The position numbers and the translations under genes are program-made. Shown here one piece after another: positions 22,741-32,255 of a stretch of 64,000 nucleotides of DNA (the stretch's first letter is position 1; each line of letters starts with the position of its first letter). Source of the DNA: Chitinophagaceae bacterium (GTDB taxonomy: Bacteria > Bacteroidota > Bacteroidia > Chitinophagales > Chitinophagaceae); assembly GCA_035439525.1 (NCBI GenBank), contig DAORKK010000001.1, forward strand, positions 3,695-67,694, in the 5' to 3' direction. The notes under the pieces were generated by a model. That model was given only the letters and a program-made list of their open reading frames with translations. It was not told the DNA's origin and ran no database searches.

Positions 22741-23106
22741 ATGAAACCTTTATTACTCATCCTGGTTCTCCTGGCTTCCGTTGTGGTTAAAGCGCAAACG
22801 ATAGACAGTATCTACTTTCACCTGTATACGGACAGTCTGAAAAAAGGACAACATAATTATATCAATGTGGATGGAAAGCTGAGCAATGGGCGCTGGCAGC
22901 CGATGACCGCGAAAGAAGTGGAATTCTCCTGCCCTGCTGCACGTTTTGAAGGAAATGAACTGATTATTCCTGTCGATTTTAAAGAAGAAAAAGTGACCGT
23001 AAAAGCCATCCTTAAATCAAATCCTGCCATCATCATTGAAAAAACTATCTGGATCAAAACAGTACCGGATCCCCCGTTACAAAGGCAGGAAAGAGTTAGT
23101 AGTTAG
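22741..23106 (+). CDS. Hypothetical secreted protein; stop codon lies inside a repeat
   Basis: Signal peptide MKPLLLILVLLASVVVKA; the last codons (VSS*) come from the repeat agttagtagttag. Confidence 0.7.
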   Translation: MKPLLLILVLLASVVVKAQTIDSIYFHLYTDSLKKGQHNYINVDGKLSNGRWQPMTAKEVEFSCPAARFEGNELIIPVDFKEEKVTVKAILKSNPAIIIEKTIWIKTVPDPPLQRQERVSS

Positions 23107-23236
23107 CAGATAGTAGTCAACAGCCCCTTCAAAATAGTCGGTAGTTAGTAGTTAGTAGATAGTAGTCAACAACCCCTTCTAATTAGTCGGTAGTTAGTAG
23201 TTAGCAGATAGTAGTCAACAGCCCCTTCTAAGAAGG
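23094..23236 (+). repeat. Three tandem 49-bp units built from TAG heptamers
   Basis: Units start at 23094, 23143 and 23192 and share agttagtagttag(c/t)agatagtagtcaaca(g/a)ccccttc. Confidence 0.93.
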
Positions 23237-23279
23237 TTGAATCTAAAATAACGGGCAGACGCAACTTTTACGTTATGCA

Positions 23280-23310
23280 CCTCGTACTTCGTACTTCAAA
23301 CCTCGTACTT
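23280..23310 (-). repeat. AAGTACG/AGGTACG heptamer array downstream of the transaldolase terminator
   Basis: cctcgtacttcgtacttcaaacctcgtactt on the plus strand. Confidence 0.75.
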
Positions 23311-23313
23311 AAT

Positions 23314-23341
23314 AAAAAAGATCCTGTTGCCAGGATCTTTT
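23314..23341 (-). terminator. Intrinsic terminator after transaldolase
   Basis: aaaaaagatcctg-ttgc-caggatctttt hairpin flanked by A/T runs. Confidence 0.85.
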
Positions 23342-23367
23342 CTCTCAAATTGTCAGTTGGAAATAAC

Positions 23368-24021
23368 TTATGCAAATTTCTTAGCGTCTTCCAGGAATTT
23401 AGCCAGCCCGATATCGGTCAGGGGATGTTTCAGCAGACCGAGGATTGAATCCAGCGGACAGGTACAAACATCGGCTCCGGCTTCTGCACATTTAACGATA
23501 TGAAGGGCATTCCGGATAGAAGCGGCCAGGATCTCTGTTTTATAACCCTGGATTGAATAAATATGAGAAATCTGGGCGATCAGGTCGATACCGTCCCAGT
23601 TGCTGTCGTCAATTCTTCCAATAAAGGGAGACAAATAAGTGGCTCCTGCCTTTGCCGCCAGGATAGCCTGACCGGCAGAGAAAACAAGGGTACAGTTTGT
23701 CCGTATACCATTATCACTGAACCATTTAATTGCTTTAATACCATCCTTGATCATCGGCACTTTCACTACAATATTGGGGTGGATGGCCGCCAGTTTTTTT
23801 CCTTCTTCAACGATACCGTTGAAGTCGGTACTGATCACTTCTGCACTGATATCCCCATCCACCATTTCACAAATGGTTTTATAATGGTCCATTACGGCAG
23901 CTTCACCTTTAATGCCTTCCTTGGCCATCAGGGAAGGATTAGTGGTTACTCCGTCGAGGATTCCCAGTTCATTGGCTTCTTTTATCTGAGCCAGGTTGGC
24001 TGTGTCTATAAAAAATTTCAT
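23368..24021 (-). CDS. fsa: Transaldolase / fructose-6-phosphate aldolase (small type)
   Basis: MKFFIDTAN, GVTTNPSL, VVKVP, NCTLVFS, SPFIGR and ASIRN. Confidence 0.95.
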   Translation of the reverse strand: MKFFIDTANLAQIKEANELGILDGVTTNPSLMAKEGIKGEAAVMDHYKTICEMVDGDISAEVISTDFNGIVEEGKKLAAIHPNIVVKVPMIKDGIKAIKWFSDNGIRTNCTLVFSAGQAILAAKAGATYLSPFIGRIDDSNWDGIDLIAQISHIYSIQGYKTEILAASIRNALHIVKCAEAGADVCTCPLDSILGLLKHPLTDIGLAKFLEDAKKFA

Positions 24022-24063
24022 GATGATGTATTTTGAATACTAAGATGTTGAGTTTGTAAGGGA

Positions 24064-24185
24064 ATCCTCCTTCTTCAACCTTAAGGGGAGTAACCCCTCC
24101 TTTGCCAAGGCTACGGAGGGTAAATTCTCCTTCGATAAATCTACGGAGAATAAAACCCGCCTTCGTTAAAACTACGGAGGGTAAA
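24064..24185. repeat. Tandem REP-like palindromes, about 30-bp period
   Basis: ccctcc-tttgccaaggctac-ggaggg, ttctcc-ttcgataaatctac-ggagaa, cccgcc-ttcgttaaaactac-ggaggg, plus one degenerate copy. Confidence 0.8.
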
Positions 24186-24189
24186 AAAG

Positions 24190-24285
24190 TGGCAGGCTAC
24201 TCACATCGCACCGCTCAACCACCTACTCTTGCTGCCTTCCGGCCCTGGGAGGATTCAGCAGGAGCTGGTCGTGTAAGACCTGCCG
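24190..24285 (-). ncRNA. ffs: Bacterial small SRP RNA (4.5S)
   Basis: Minus strand contains CAGGGCCGGAAGGCAGCA (helix 8 core) inside a long hairpin closed by ggcagg/cctgcc; TATCTTTG box at 24289-24296 directly upstream. Confidence 0.9.
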
Positions 24286-24338
24286 GCGCAAAGATAAGGC
24301 AGTGCAACCGAATGATTCGTATTGTATTGGAAAAAATT

Positions 24339-25616
24339 TCAGCGTTGGAAAGCTGAATTGATCAGGCTGTAGCCCACTAATTCATCGGCCCTTGCACCAA
24401 ATGGGCGGAAATAGACCAGGATCATATAACTGTTTTCTGTTCCCCAGTAATTGCCTTCCGCATTTTCCGGCAGGGCAGGAACTCCGCGCTGCGGCCTGTC
24501 AGGCAGGGTTACATAGGAATAATTATAATAACCCTGTTTCAGGTAAAGTGCTTTTTCATAGACCCCTTTTTCCGGATTAAATTCCATCCTTGTGGCCTCA
24601 TCTGGTGAATACTGCGTCAGTTCTCCAAAAAGATAAACCTGTCTGCCTGGTATGGGCTGGTTGCCGGGTGGAACATAGGTGAAATGCACCCATGCATAGT
24701 CTGCCTGCCAGTACGCATTGCCATTATCCTGATTTTCTGATGAAAACAAGCCGTTGATATCCCGGTAATAAATATAAATCTGCTGACGCCGGTCCATATC
24801 CGGATTAATGTAAATATCAATACGGGAAGAAGTATCGCTGTCTACAATCCGCTGTACCCGGTCACTTCTCAAACGAAAACTACGAAGGTCTGCCCATCGC
24901 CATTCCTTTGTGGCAGGAAATGTGGTGAAAGCATCATCACTGTATTCATAATAATTACCCCGAAATAAAGTGGGCCGGTCGATCAGACTGGCACTGCCCC
25001 AATTAAAATTTTGCAAAATGACCAGTTTCAAATCCTGTGGCGAAAACGGATTGAGCTGAGTGCCTGCCGTACTGACCCCCGCCTGTACCCGTTGATGCGT
25101 CTGAAACATATTGCCATTAAACGGCTGCAATACCTGGCCGGCTACCGAAGCCTTCTTATTGACTACCAGGAGCCGTTTGGTGAAAACCAATCTGGATGTA
25201 TCATCATTCAGGAATACTTTCAACAGATAATTCCCGCCCTTTGTGGGCCCGGAATTCCGTTCAGGAAGTATGGCCTGGTAATGTGTATACCGGGTTTGAA
25301 CGATTGAAGAACTTCGGTAAGTCCCGATCCGGTTACTCTGAAAACCCCGTATATAATCAAACGTCTGCACATTGGCCGGTGTCCAGTCCGCATTACATAA
25401 CTGAAAACTGTAATAATAATTTTTGACATCATTATCCAAATCATCAAAATGCAATTCCAACTGCTCATTATTTCCCAATTGCAGTACCGGATAACTGTAA
25501 ATATCACCGTACTTAAACAGTTTCACGGTCCGTATGTTGGGACGGTAAATATGATCGGGTATCTGGGCCGACAGGAAGATTGGCCAGCAAAGCAGCCCTA
25601 AAATTATTTTTTTCAT
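24339..25616 (-). CDS. DUF5103-family exported protein
   Basis: Signal peptide; LELHFDDL, HYQAILP, KEWRWADLRS and LYLKQGYYNYSY...EGNYWGTENSY. Confidence 0.75.
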   Translation of the reverse strand: MKKIILGLLCWPIFLSAQIPDHIYRPNIRTVKLFKYGDIYSYPVLQLGNNEQLELHFDDLDNDVKNYYYSFQLCNADWTPANVQTFDYIRGFQSNRIGTYRSSSIVQTRYTHYQAILPERNSGPTKGGNYLLKVFLNDDTSRLVFTKRLLVVNKKASVAGQVLQPFNGNMFQTHQRVQAGVSTAGTQLNPFSPQDLKLVILQNFNWGSASLIDRPTLFRGNYYEYSDDAFTTFPATKEWRWADLRSFRLRSDRVQRIVDSDTSSRIDIYINPDMDRRQQIYIYYRDINGLFSSENQDNGNAYWQADYAWVHFTYVPPGNQPIPGRQVYLFGELTQYSPDEATRMEFNPEKGVYEKALYLKQGYYNYSYVTLPDRPQRGVPALPENAEGNYWGTENSYMILVYFRPFGARADELVGYSLINSAFQR

Positions 25617-25714
25617 GAGCGGGTTGTTCTCTGAAAATATTCGTTGAAAATACGTTAAAAAAAAGGATAAATCCTGAGCAGCACCTTATTTTTGATAAAG
25701 ACAAACTATTATCA

Positions 25715-26950
25715 TTGAAGGTTGCAGGATTCATAGCTAACCGCATCGCATTTAATCAGCAAAAGACCTTTTCCAGGTTTATCATCCGTTTATCGATAGC
25801 GGCCACGATCATCAGTGTCATGGTAATGATCGTTACCCTGGCCCTCGCAAATGGCTTCCAGGAAGCGGTCAGCCAGAAAATTTTCAGTTTCTGGGGACAT
25901 ATCCGTGTACAGGAAAAACAACCCGGGAAAGCTATTATTTCGGAAGAAATTGCTATTTCAGAAGATACCGCATTAGTCAGTACTATTGCCCGGTACCCGG
26001 GAGTGAAGAGTATACATCCGTTTGCCACGCGTTATGCCCTGCTTAAAACCAGGGAGGACATTGAAGGTGTGCTGGTAAAAGGACTGGACCACACTTACGA
26101 CTTTGAACACCTTAAACAATTTATAAAATCCGGGCGGCCCATCCGTTTTACGGACAGTCTGTTCAGCCGCGAACTGCTCGTCTCCGATTATACGGCTTCC
26201 CGTTTGCAGATTCAGCCTGGGGACAGCCTGCTTATTTATTTCCTTAAACCCGGTGAAAACCCGCGGACAAAAAAAATGAGTATTGCCGGAATTTATAAAA
26301 CCGGTATTGAAGAATATGACCGGCTTTTCGCTATTGGTGATATCCGGCTGATCCGGAACCTGAATCAATGGAATGACGACCAGGCAGGTGGTTATGAAAT
26401 TTTTCTGAATAACTATAAACTCACTGATACCATTGCCATACAGCTGCATGAACTGGACTCATTTCCGGCTACCTGGGACGCAATCAGTGTCAAAAAGATT
26501 TCCCCGAATATTTTTGACTGGCTCAATATGCAGGATGTTACCCGCAATGTACTGATCAGTTTTATGATTGCCATCGCGGTGATAAACCTGGTCACCTGCC
26601 TGCTGATCCTGGTGCTGGAACGGGTACGGATGATCGGCATCCTGAAGTCATTGGGGGCGAGTGACTGGACCGTACAAAAAGTTTTTCTCCGGCATTCCAT
26701 GCTGATCACCCTGACTGGAATTGTGATTGGTACGGTGCTCGCCCTGCTGTTGTTGTGGATACAGCAGGAAACCGGTTTTATTAAGCTGAAAGAAGAAGCG
26801 TATTACCTGAGTTCGGCCGCCGTGAAAATTGTATGGTGGGAAGTGCTATTGGTATGCGGGCTGACTTTACTGGTCTCCTTCCTGGTGATGCTGATTCCAT
26901 CCATTCTGGTCCGTCGTATCCAGCCCGTAAAAGCGATCCGGTTCAGGTAA
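25715..26950 (+). CDS. LolC/E-type (FtsX-like) ABC permease
   Basis: Four-TM MacB/FtsX topology; ERVRMIGILKSLGA and YYLSS; TATTTTTG box at 25687-25694. Confidence 0.88.
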   Translation: MKVAGFIANRIAFNQQKTFSRFIIRLSIAATIISVMVMIVTLALANGFQEAVSQKIFSFWGHIRVQEKQPGKAIISEEIAISEDTALVSTIARYPGVKSIHPFATRYALLKTREDIEGVLVKGLDHTYDFEHLKQFIKSGRPIRFTDSLFSRELLVSDYTASRLQIQPGDSLLIYFLKPGENPRTKKMSIAGIYKTGIEEYDRLFAIGDIRLIRNLNQWNDDQAGGYEIFLNNYKLTDTIAIQLHELDSFPATWDAISVKKISPNIFDWLNMQDVTRNVLISFMIAIAVINLVTCLLILVLERVRMIGILKSLGASDWTVQKVFLRHSMLITLTGIVIGTVLALLLLWIQQETGFIKLKEEAYYLSSAAVKIVWWEVLLVCGLTLLVSFLVMLIPSILVRRIQPVKAIRFR

Positions 26951-27674
26951 GGTGAGCCAAAATGATTCCCGCAGCTACAGCGGCATTCAACGATTCAGCC
27001 CCGCCTTTCCTCGGAATGGTAATCCGGTTATTGGACAAGTCCAGTAAATCCCCGGGGATTCCCTTCGATTCATTCCCGATCAGAATTATTCCCTGTGTTG
27101 GTTGTCCTGCTGATTTAACATCCATTCCATCCAACACGGTGGCAAATACCGGAAAACCGGGCATTTCACGGAGTAATCCTCCCAGGTCACTGTAATAAAC
27201 ATTCACCCGGGCAATACTTCCCATGGTGGATTGTATGACTTTGGGATTGTAGAGATCCGCTGAATCTTCACTGCAAATAACCTGAGTGACACCAAACCAG
27301 TCCGCTATCCGGATAATTGTACCCAGGTTGCCCGGATCCTGAATACCACATAAACCAAGACTCAGCCGGCCTTCAAGCCGTATGGACTCATTACTGAAAA
27401 AATCAACCAATGCCAGTACCTTATTGGGCGTCTTTAATTGTGAAATTCTTTCTAATTCTTCTACAGATATTACTTCGGACTCTATATTCCGGCACAGCTG
27501 CTGCTGTTCATTCAGCCATTCTTCAAGGGCAAAAACCTGTTTCACCTGCCCGGGACAGGCTTTTATCAGCTCACTTACTATCTTAGGACCTTCGGCAATA
27601 AAAACCCTGGCCTCGTCCCTGAATTTTTTCTGGCCTAAACTTTGAATATATTTGATTGTAGATTTACCAAGCAT
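26943..27674 (-). CDS. TrmH/SpoU-family RNA methyltransferase
   Basis: FIAEGPK, IQDPGNLGTIIR, GNESKGI and ESLNAAVA; start placed at MLGK. Confidence 0.92.
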   Translation of the reverse strand: MLGKSTIKYIQSLGQKKFRDEARVFIAEGPKIVSELIKACPGQVKQVFALEEWLNEQQQLCRNIESEVISVEELERISQLKTPNKVLALVDFFSNESIRLEGRLSLGLCGIQDPGNLGTIIRIADWFGVTQVICSEDSADLYNPKVIQSTMGSIARVNVYYSDLGGLLREMPGFPVFATVLDGMDVKSAGQPTQGIILIGNESKGIPGDLLDLSNNRITIPRKGGAESLNAAVAAGIILAHLT

Positions 27675-27693
27675 AGTCACTCTTTTACCATTT

Positions 27694-30021
27694 ATGATAA
27701 CAGGACAGCCTTACCATCGAAGCAAACTGCTGCAGCTTTTACCGGCACTTTCTGTTATAATTACCTTTTTTGTTTCCTGCAGCGTAATTCCTAAAGATTA
27801 TCCGAAGGGAAAGCCATTCGTATTTGAGACAAAGATCACGGTAAATGGCAACTTCACCAACGAAGAAAAGGAAATCCTGGCATCCCGGCTGAAAGGACAG
27901 CTGGATGACAGTATACGGGCCCGTTCAGTGTCCAAGCTTTTTTACAGTGTAATGAAGAATCCCCCGGTATATAAAAAAGAAAATGCCGACCGGTCGATCC
28001 TTTATATGCGATCGCTCCTCAACTCCCTCGGTTACTTTCACGATTCTATTTACTATAAAGATAGTATTCAGCTCAAGACTAAAGATCAACAAAGAGCCTT
28101 TATCAGTTTTTTTGTTTACCCGGGGAAAGTCGTAAGACTGGACTCCATCAGTTATAATCTTAAAGAGGCTGAAATACAGTCCATCACCCTCGCGAATAAA
28201 AACGAATCCCTGCTGAAAAAAGGGGAACCCTTTGCCAAAACTGCCATCTCCATGGAACTGGACCGCCTGGTAGACCTGTATCGCAATAACGGTTACCTGC
28301 GTTTTAACCGGGAAGAGTTAAAAGGTGTTTGGGATACCCTTGATATAAATCTGCTGAATCCCAGCCTGGACCCTTTTGAACAATTACAGGTACTTCAGGA
28401 GCTGAAAGAGAAAAGGGAGAACCCTACAGCGAATATCGAGATAATACTGCGCCCCGGATTTGATTCCAGCAAGCTGGTGAAGTACTATGTCGGAAATATC
28501 ACCATTCATCCTGAATACAGTCCGGATACAGCCGGTTATACCCGTAAAGTGGAATGGGTGAATGGAATCCAGGTAATATCGTACCGGAAGGCATTCCGAT
28601 CAAAGATCCTGCCTGCGCATGTTTATCTGCACCGGGGTGATCTTTACAGTCAGAAAAATTATTACAAAACGATCAACCGTTTTAATTCACTGGGCGCCTG
28701 GCGACTGTCTAATATTGAACAAATAACCCGTAAGGGACAGGACACGGCAGACTTTATCATTCGGCTGACCCCTGCCAAAAAATACTCTTTCAACGCGAAT
28801 ATTGAAACAAGCCAGAATCAGAATCAGTATCTCGGCAACCTGTTCAGCATCGGAACGAATGTGGGTATTACGAACCGGAACTTTGCCAGGTCGGCCATTC
28901 AGACCAACAGCAATATCCGGTATGGAGTGGAACTGGGCAACAATTTTGTTCAATCCCAGCAGTTTGTGCTGAGTCATACGATCTATTTCCCTAAAGCGAT
29001 GCTTCCCCGTTTTGGCTGGATCCCGGAAGCAGACCGGAATAATATCAGGACGGTTTTTGGTTTTAATGCGGCAAGAACTGAAAGACGGGAATTATTTAAC
29101 CTGACTTCTGTGAATGCCTCCTGGGGTTATGAGTACCAGTACGTGAAACCCGGCAGCCATAAACTGACCCAGATTTCAATAAAACTACCCAATATCGAGT
29201 ACTCCAAACTGGATCCGAAGGACAGTCTTGATAAACTCATTGCGGCGAATCCCGCACTGAAGAATGTATTCACGGATGGCTTTATTTCCACGATCATACT
29301 TGGCACATCGCTTACAAACACGCATCCACGTAAGCCTTCTGTTTTTTCCGCGAACCTGGAGTTGCCTTTCCTGGCGGGTCTTATCCCCAGCGATTTTCTG
29401 GATACCCAGTTGTATAAATTCATGAAGATAAATGCGGAGTATACACAACAATTTAAACGGAAAAATTCTTCATTTGTTTTCAGGGCTTTTGCAGGAATCG
29501 GCTATGCATTCAATTCCACGGTCAATAAATCCAAGCGGAATGCCCTCCCCTTCTTCAAACAATATTTCGGCGGCGGCCCCAACAGTATGCGTGCCTGGCG
29601 GCTCCGCCGGCTCGGCCCGGGCTCTGCCATCAAAGACTACAATGAATACCCCTACCGCTTCGGGGATATCCAGCTGGAGATGAATATGGAGTACCGGTTC
29701 AAGATTACGACTATAGCGGGTACCAGAATCGAAAGTGTTTTATTCACTGATATCGGGAATGTATGGTTCATGAAAAAAGAAGCAGGTGATCCGGAAGAAG
29801 TATTCAAATTAAGCCGGCTGGGAAAAGATATTGCGATTGGCATGGGAACCGGCCTCCGGCTTGATTTCACGTACTTCATCATCCGCCTGGATTATGCCTA
29901 TAAAGTAAAGGATCCGAGTCCGGATTTGCAGAACCAAACCAGTCAGAATAAATGGTTCTATAACTGGAAACCGCTCAACGGGCAGTTACAGCTTGGCATC
30001 AATTATCCATTTAAACTGTAG
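27694..30021 (+). CDS. Omp85 (BamA/TamA-family) outer-membrane protein with lipobox, TamL-like
   Basis: FFVSC lipobox, POTRA-like region, GGPNSMRAW and DIGNVW motifs, C-terminal GINYPF. Confidence 0.85.
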   Translation: MITGQPYHRSKLLQLLPALSVIITFFVSCSVIPKDYPKGKPFVFETKITVNGNFTNEEKEILASRLKGQLDDSIRARSVSKLFYSVMKNPPVYKKENADRSILYMRSLLNSLGYFHDSIYYKDSIQLKTKDQQRAFISFFVYPGKVVRLDSISYNLKEAEIQSITLANKNESLLKKGEPFAKTAISMELDRLVDLYRNNGYLRFNREELKGVWDTLDINLLNPSLDPFEQLQVLQELKEKRENPTANIEIILRPGFDSSKLVKYYVGNITIHPEYSPDTAGYTRKVEWVNGIQVISYRKAFRSKILPAHVYLHRGDLYSQKNYYKTINRFNSLGAWRLSNIEQITRKGQDTADFIIRLTPAKKYSFNANIETSQNQNQYLGNLFSIGTNVGITNRNFARSAIQTNSNIRYGVELGNNFVQSQQFVLSHTIYFPKAMLPRFGWIPEADRNNIRTVFGFNAARTERRELFNLTSVNASWGYEYQYVKPGSHKLTQISIKLPNIEYSKLDPKDSLDKLIAANPALKNVFTDGFISTIILGTSLTNTHPRKPSVFSANLELPFLAGLIPSDFLDTQLYKFMKINAEYTQQFKRKNSSFVFRAFAGIGYAFNSTVNKSKRNALPFFKQYFGGGPNSMRAWRLRRLGPGSAIKDYNEYPYRFGDIQLEMNMEYRFKITTIAGTRIESVLFTDIGNVWFMKKEAGDPEEVFKLSRLGKDIAIGMGTGLRLDFTYFIIRLDYAYKVKDPSPDLQNQTSQNKWFYNWKPLNGQLQLGINYPFKL

Positions 30022-30703
30022 CATTCAGGGCTTTCACCCGTTGCTCAAAGCCTGCAATCGACTCGGCTGACTGAAGGGAGAATTCACCGATTCTTGTCCG
30101 GCATAGTTTGCTGAGGTAGGCGCCGCATCCAAGGGCCGTTCCGAAATCATGGGCCAGACTGCGGATATAGGTGCCCGTTGAACACACGACGCGGAATTCC
30201 ACGACGGGTAATTCAATCCGGGTGATCTCAAATGCATGAATGAATAACTTACGGGGCTCAAGTTTTACTTCCTTTCCGGCCCTGGCCAGTTCATAGACTC
30301 GTTTGCCAGCTACTTTGATCGCCGAATGTGCGGGTGGCACCTGGTAAATTTCTCCGAGAAAAGGAACCGTAGCCGCCTGTATCATTTCAGGGGTGATATG
30401 ATCATAGGGCCGCTGACTGACGGGTTCGGATTCGAGATCATAAGTGGGTGTGACCGCCCCCAGGGTAAAGGTCCCGGTATACTCTTTTTCCTGTGCCATA
30501 AACTCATTGATGCGCTTGGTAAACTTACCGGTACACACGATCAGCAATCCGGTGGCCAGCGGATCAAGTGTTCCCGCATGCCCCACTTTCTTTGTACGCA
30601 CCAGGTTCCTGATCTTACGCACAGCATCAAAAGAGGTCCACTCCAGCGGCTTATCGATCAGCAGCACCTGACCTTCTTCGAATATGTTGACGGGATTCTC
30701 CAT
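30011..30703 (-). CDS. truB: tRNA pseudouridine(55) synthase
   Basis: DKPLEWTSFD, KVGHAGTLDPLATG, SAIKVAGKR and CSTGTYIRS. Confidence 0.97.
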   Translation of the reverse strand: MENPVNIFEEGQVLLIDKPLEWTSFDAVRKIRNLVRTKKVGHAGTLDPLATGLLIVCTGKFTKRINEFMAQEKEYTGTFTLGAVTPTYDLESEPVSQRPYDHITPEMIQAATVPFLGEIYQVPPAHSAIKVAGKRVYELARAGKEVKLEPRKLFIHAFEITRIELPVVEFRVVCSTGTYIRSLAHDFGTALGCGAYLSKLCRTRIGEFSLQSAESIAGFEQRVKALNATV

Positions 30704-30708
30704 AAATA

Positions 30709-30914
30709 CAAAAGTACGAAGACAAGTACGAAGTACGAGGTACGAAGTACGATCCTAAAGATCGGGATTAACTAAAGGATGGGAAAGCCGTTTAAAAATA
30801 AGAGGTACGAAGTACGATCTTAAAGACCGGAATGAACTAAAGTATGGAGAAGTCGTTCAGATTGCAATTGTACCGGGGAATAAAAAGCACCCGTAAAACA
30901 ACCACTTCGTACTT
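30709..30914. repeat. AAGTACG heptamer arrays, a 57-bp degenerate duplication and an inverted arm at the DUF58 stop
   Basis: aagtacg/aggtacg runs at 30711-30752 and 30802-30816; copies at 30737-30793 and 30802-30858; cttcgtactt at 30905-30914. Confidence 0.88.
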
Positions 30915-32238
30915 AAATCGACATTCTGGTTTTCAGCTCCAGGTATTTATTAACCGTGTTTACGGTCAGCCCCTCCGGGGTGGTAAGGATGGAAGGAATT
31001 CCGTTTTTGTGCAATTCTTTTACCATGAGTTTTTTCTCAAAGACAAATTTTTCTGCAATGGTTTTTATGTAGATATCTTCCAGTGACCTGGTTTTCCCTT
31101 CCAATACCGTTTTCAGTTCTGTGTTTTCAAAAAAGATGACCAGCAGGAGATGATACTTGGCAATTTTCCGGAGAGCCGGCAATTCGCGTTGCAGACTTTC
31201 CATGGATTCAAAATTGGTAAAAAGGACCAGCAGGCTCCGGTTAGTGATCCGGTTCCTGATCACGGAAAACAGTTTTTCGAAGTCAGCTTCCCTGAAATCG
31301 GTCTTCTGTTTATAAAGTGTTTCCAGCACCTGGTTCATTTGTGTGGGTTTCTTATCAGCCAGCACGAATGTGTCCAGGTTTTTCTCAAAAGTGATAAGTC
31401 CGGCCTTATCCTGCCGCACCAGGGCCACATTACTCAATACCAGGGAGGCATTGATCGCATAATCCAGCAGGGTCATTCCATGAAATGGCATTTTCATCAC
31501 CCGGCCTTTGTTGATCAGGCAATATATCTGCTGACTCCGCTCATCCGTATAATTATTCACCATCAGGTCCTGCTTACGGGCCGAGGCTTTCCAGTTGATA
31601 GTACGATAATCATCTCCCCGCACATATTCTTTGATCTGTTCAAACTCCATACTATGTCCGAGTTTCCTGATCTTTTTAACCCCGGCATCCTGCAGGCGGT
31701 TGCTCATAGCCAGCAGCTGGTAACGCCGCATCTGAAAGTAGGACGGGTATACTTTCACTACCTGTTCCTGTTCGAAAACAAAACGTCGCCTGACCAGCTT
31801 CAGGGGCGCATGTACAAATACATTAATGTCGTGAAACGTATATTCTCCCCTGGTTTCAGGCCGCAACGTATAGTCCAGTATGGCGGGCTGGTCTGCTTGT
31901 AATATAAGTTTGCGCATCCAGTTCCGTTCCTGGAACTGAACGGGCAGTTCGTCAATGATGCTGGTTTTAACAGTAAACGCATAGTGATTTGTCAGGCGGA
32001 TCTGCACCTTGTTCTGATCGCCGATACTAAACCGCTCCGGCAGTTCACGGCTGGCCGTTATACCTTTGTTTTTACTGTACACCAGGATCATATCGATCAG
32101 TACAGCCACTCCAAGCAATACCAGCATCAGTCCGGCTATGCGGTAGAAAGACGGAATAAAATAGCTCAGGGCATACAGAATCGCAGCAGCCCCGGCTATA
32201 TAGTAGACAATTTTATTAAAATAAAAAGATCGGATCAC
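30913..32238 (-). CDS. DUF58 (vWA-like) protein
   Basis: SMEFEQIKEYVRGDDYRTINWKASAR; N-terminal TM hairpin. Confidence 0.9.
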   Translation of the reverse strand: MIRSFYFNKIVYYIAGAAAILYALSYFIPSFYRIAGLMLVLLGVAVLIDMILVYSKNKGITASRELPERFSIGDQNKVQIRLTNHYAFTVKTSIIDELPVQFQERNWMRKLILQADQPAILDYTLRPETRGEYTFHDINVFVHAPLKLVRRRFVFEQEQVVKVYPSYFQMRRYQLLAMSNRLQDAGVKKIRKLGHSMEFEQIKEYVRGDDYRTINWKASARKQDLMVNNYTDERSQQIYCLINKGRVMKMPFHGMTLLDYAINASLVLSNVALVRQDKAGLITFEKNLDTFVLADKKPTQMNQVLETLYKQKTDFREADFEKLFSVIRNRITNRSLLVLFTNFESMESLQRELPALRKIAKYHLLLVIFFENTELKTVLEGKTRSLEDIYIKTIAEKFVFEKKLMVKELHKNGIPSILTTPEGLTVNTVNKYLELKTRMSI

Positions 32239-32255
32239 TGGTATGAGTTAATCAG

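Noticed and set aside
23094-23236. Possible CRISPR array
   Set aside because: The units are near-identical over almost their full length, lack unique spacers, are built from 7-mers, and have no cas genes nearby
24064-24185. Possible mini-CRISPR next to ffs
   Set aside because: The units abut with no spacers and diverge from each other; REP-like hairpins fit better
24102-24356. 84-aa plus-strand ORF
   Set aside because: It spans REP-like palindromes and the antisense strand of ffs, with no coding features
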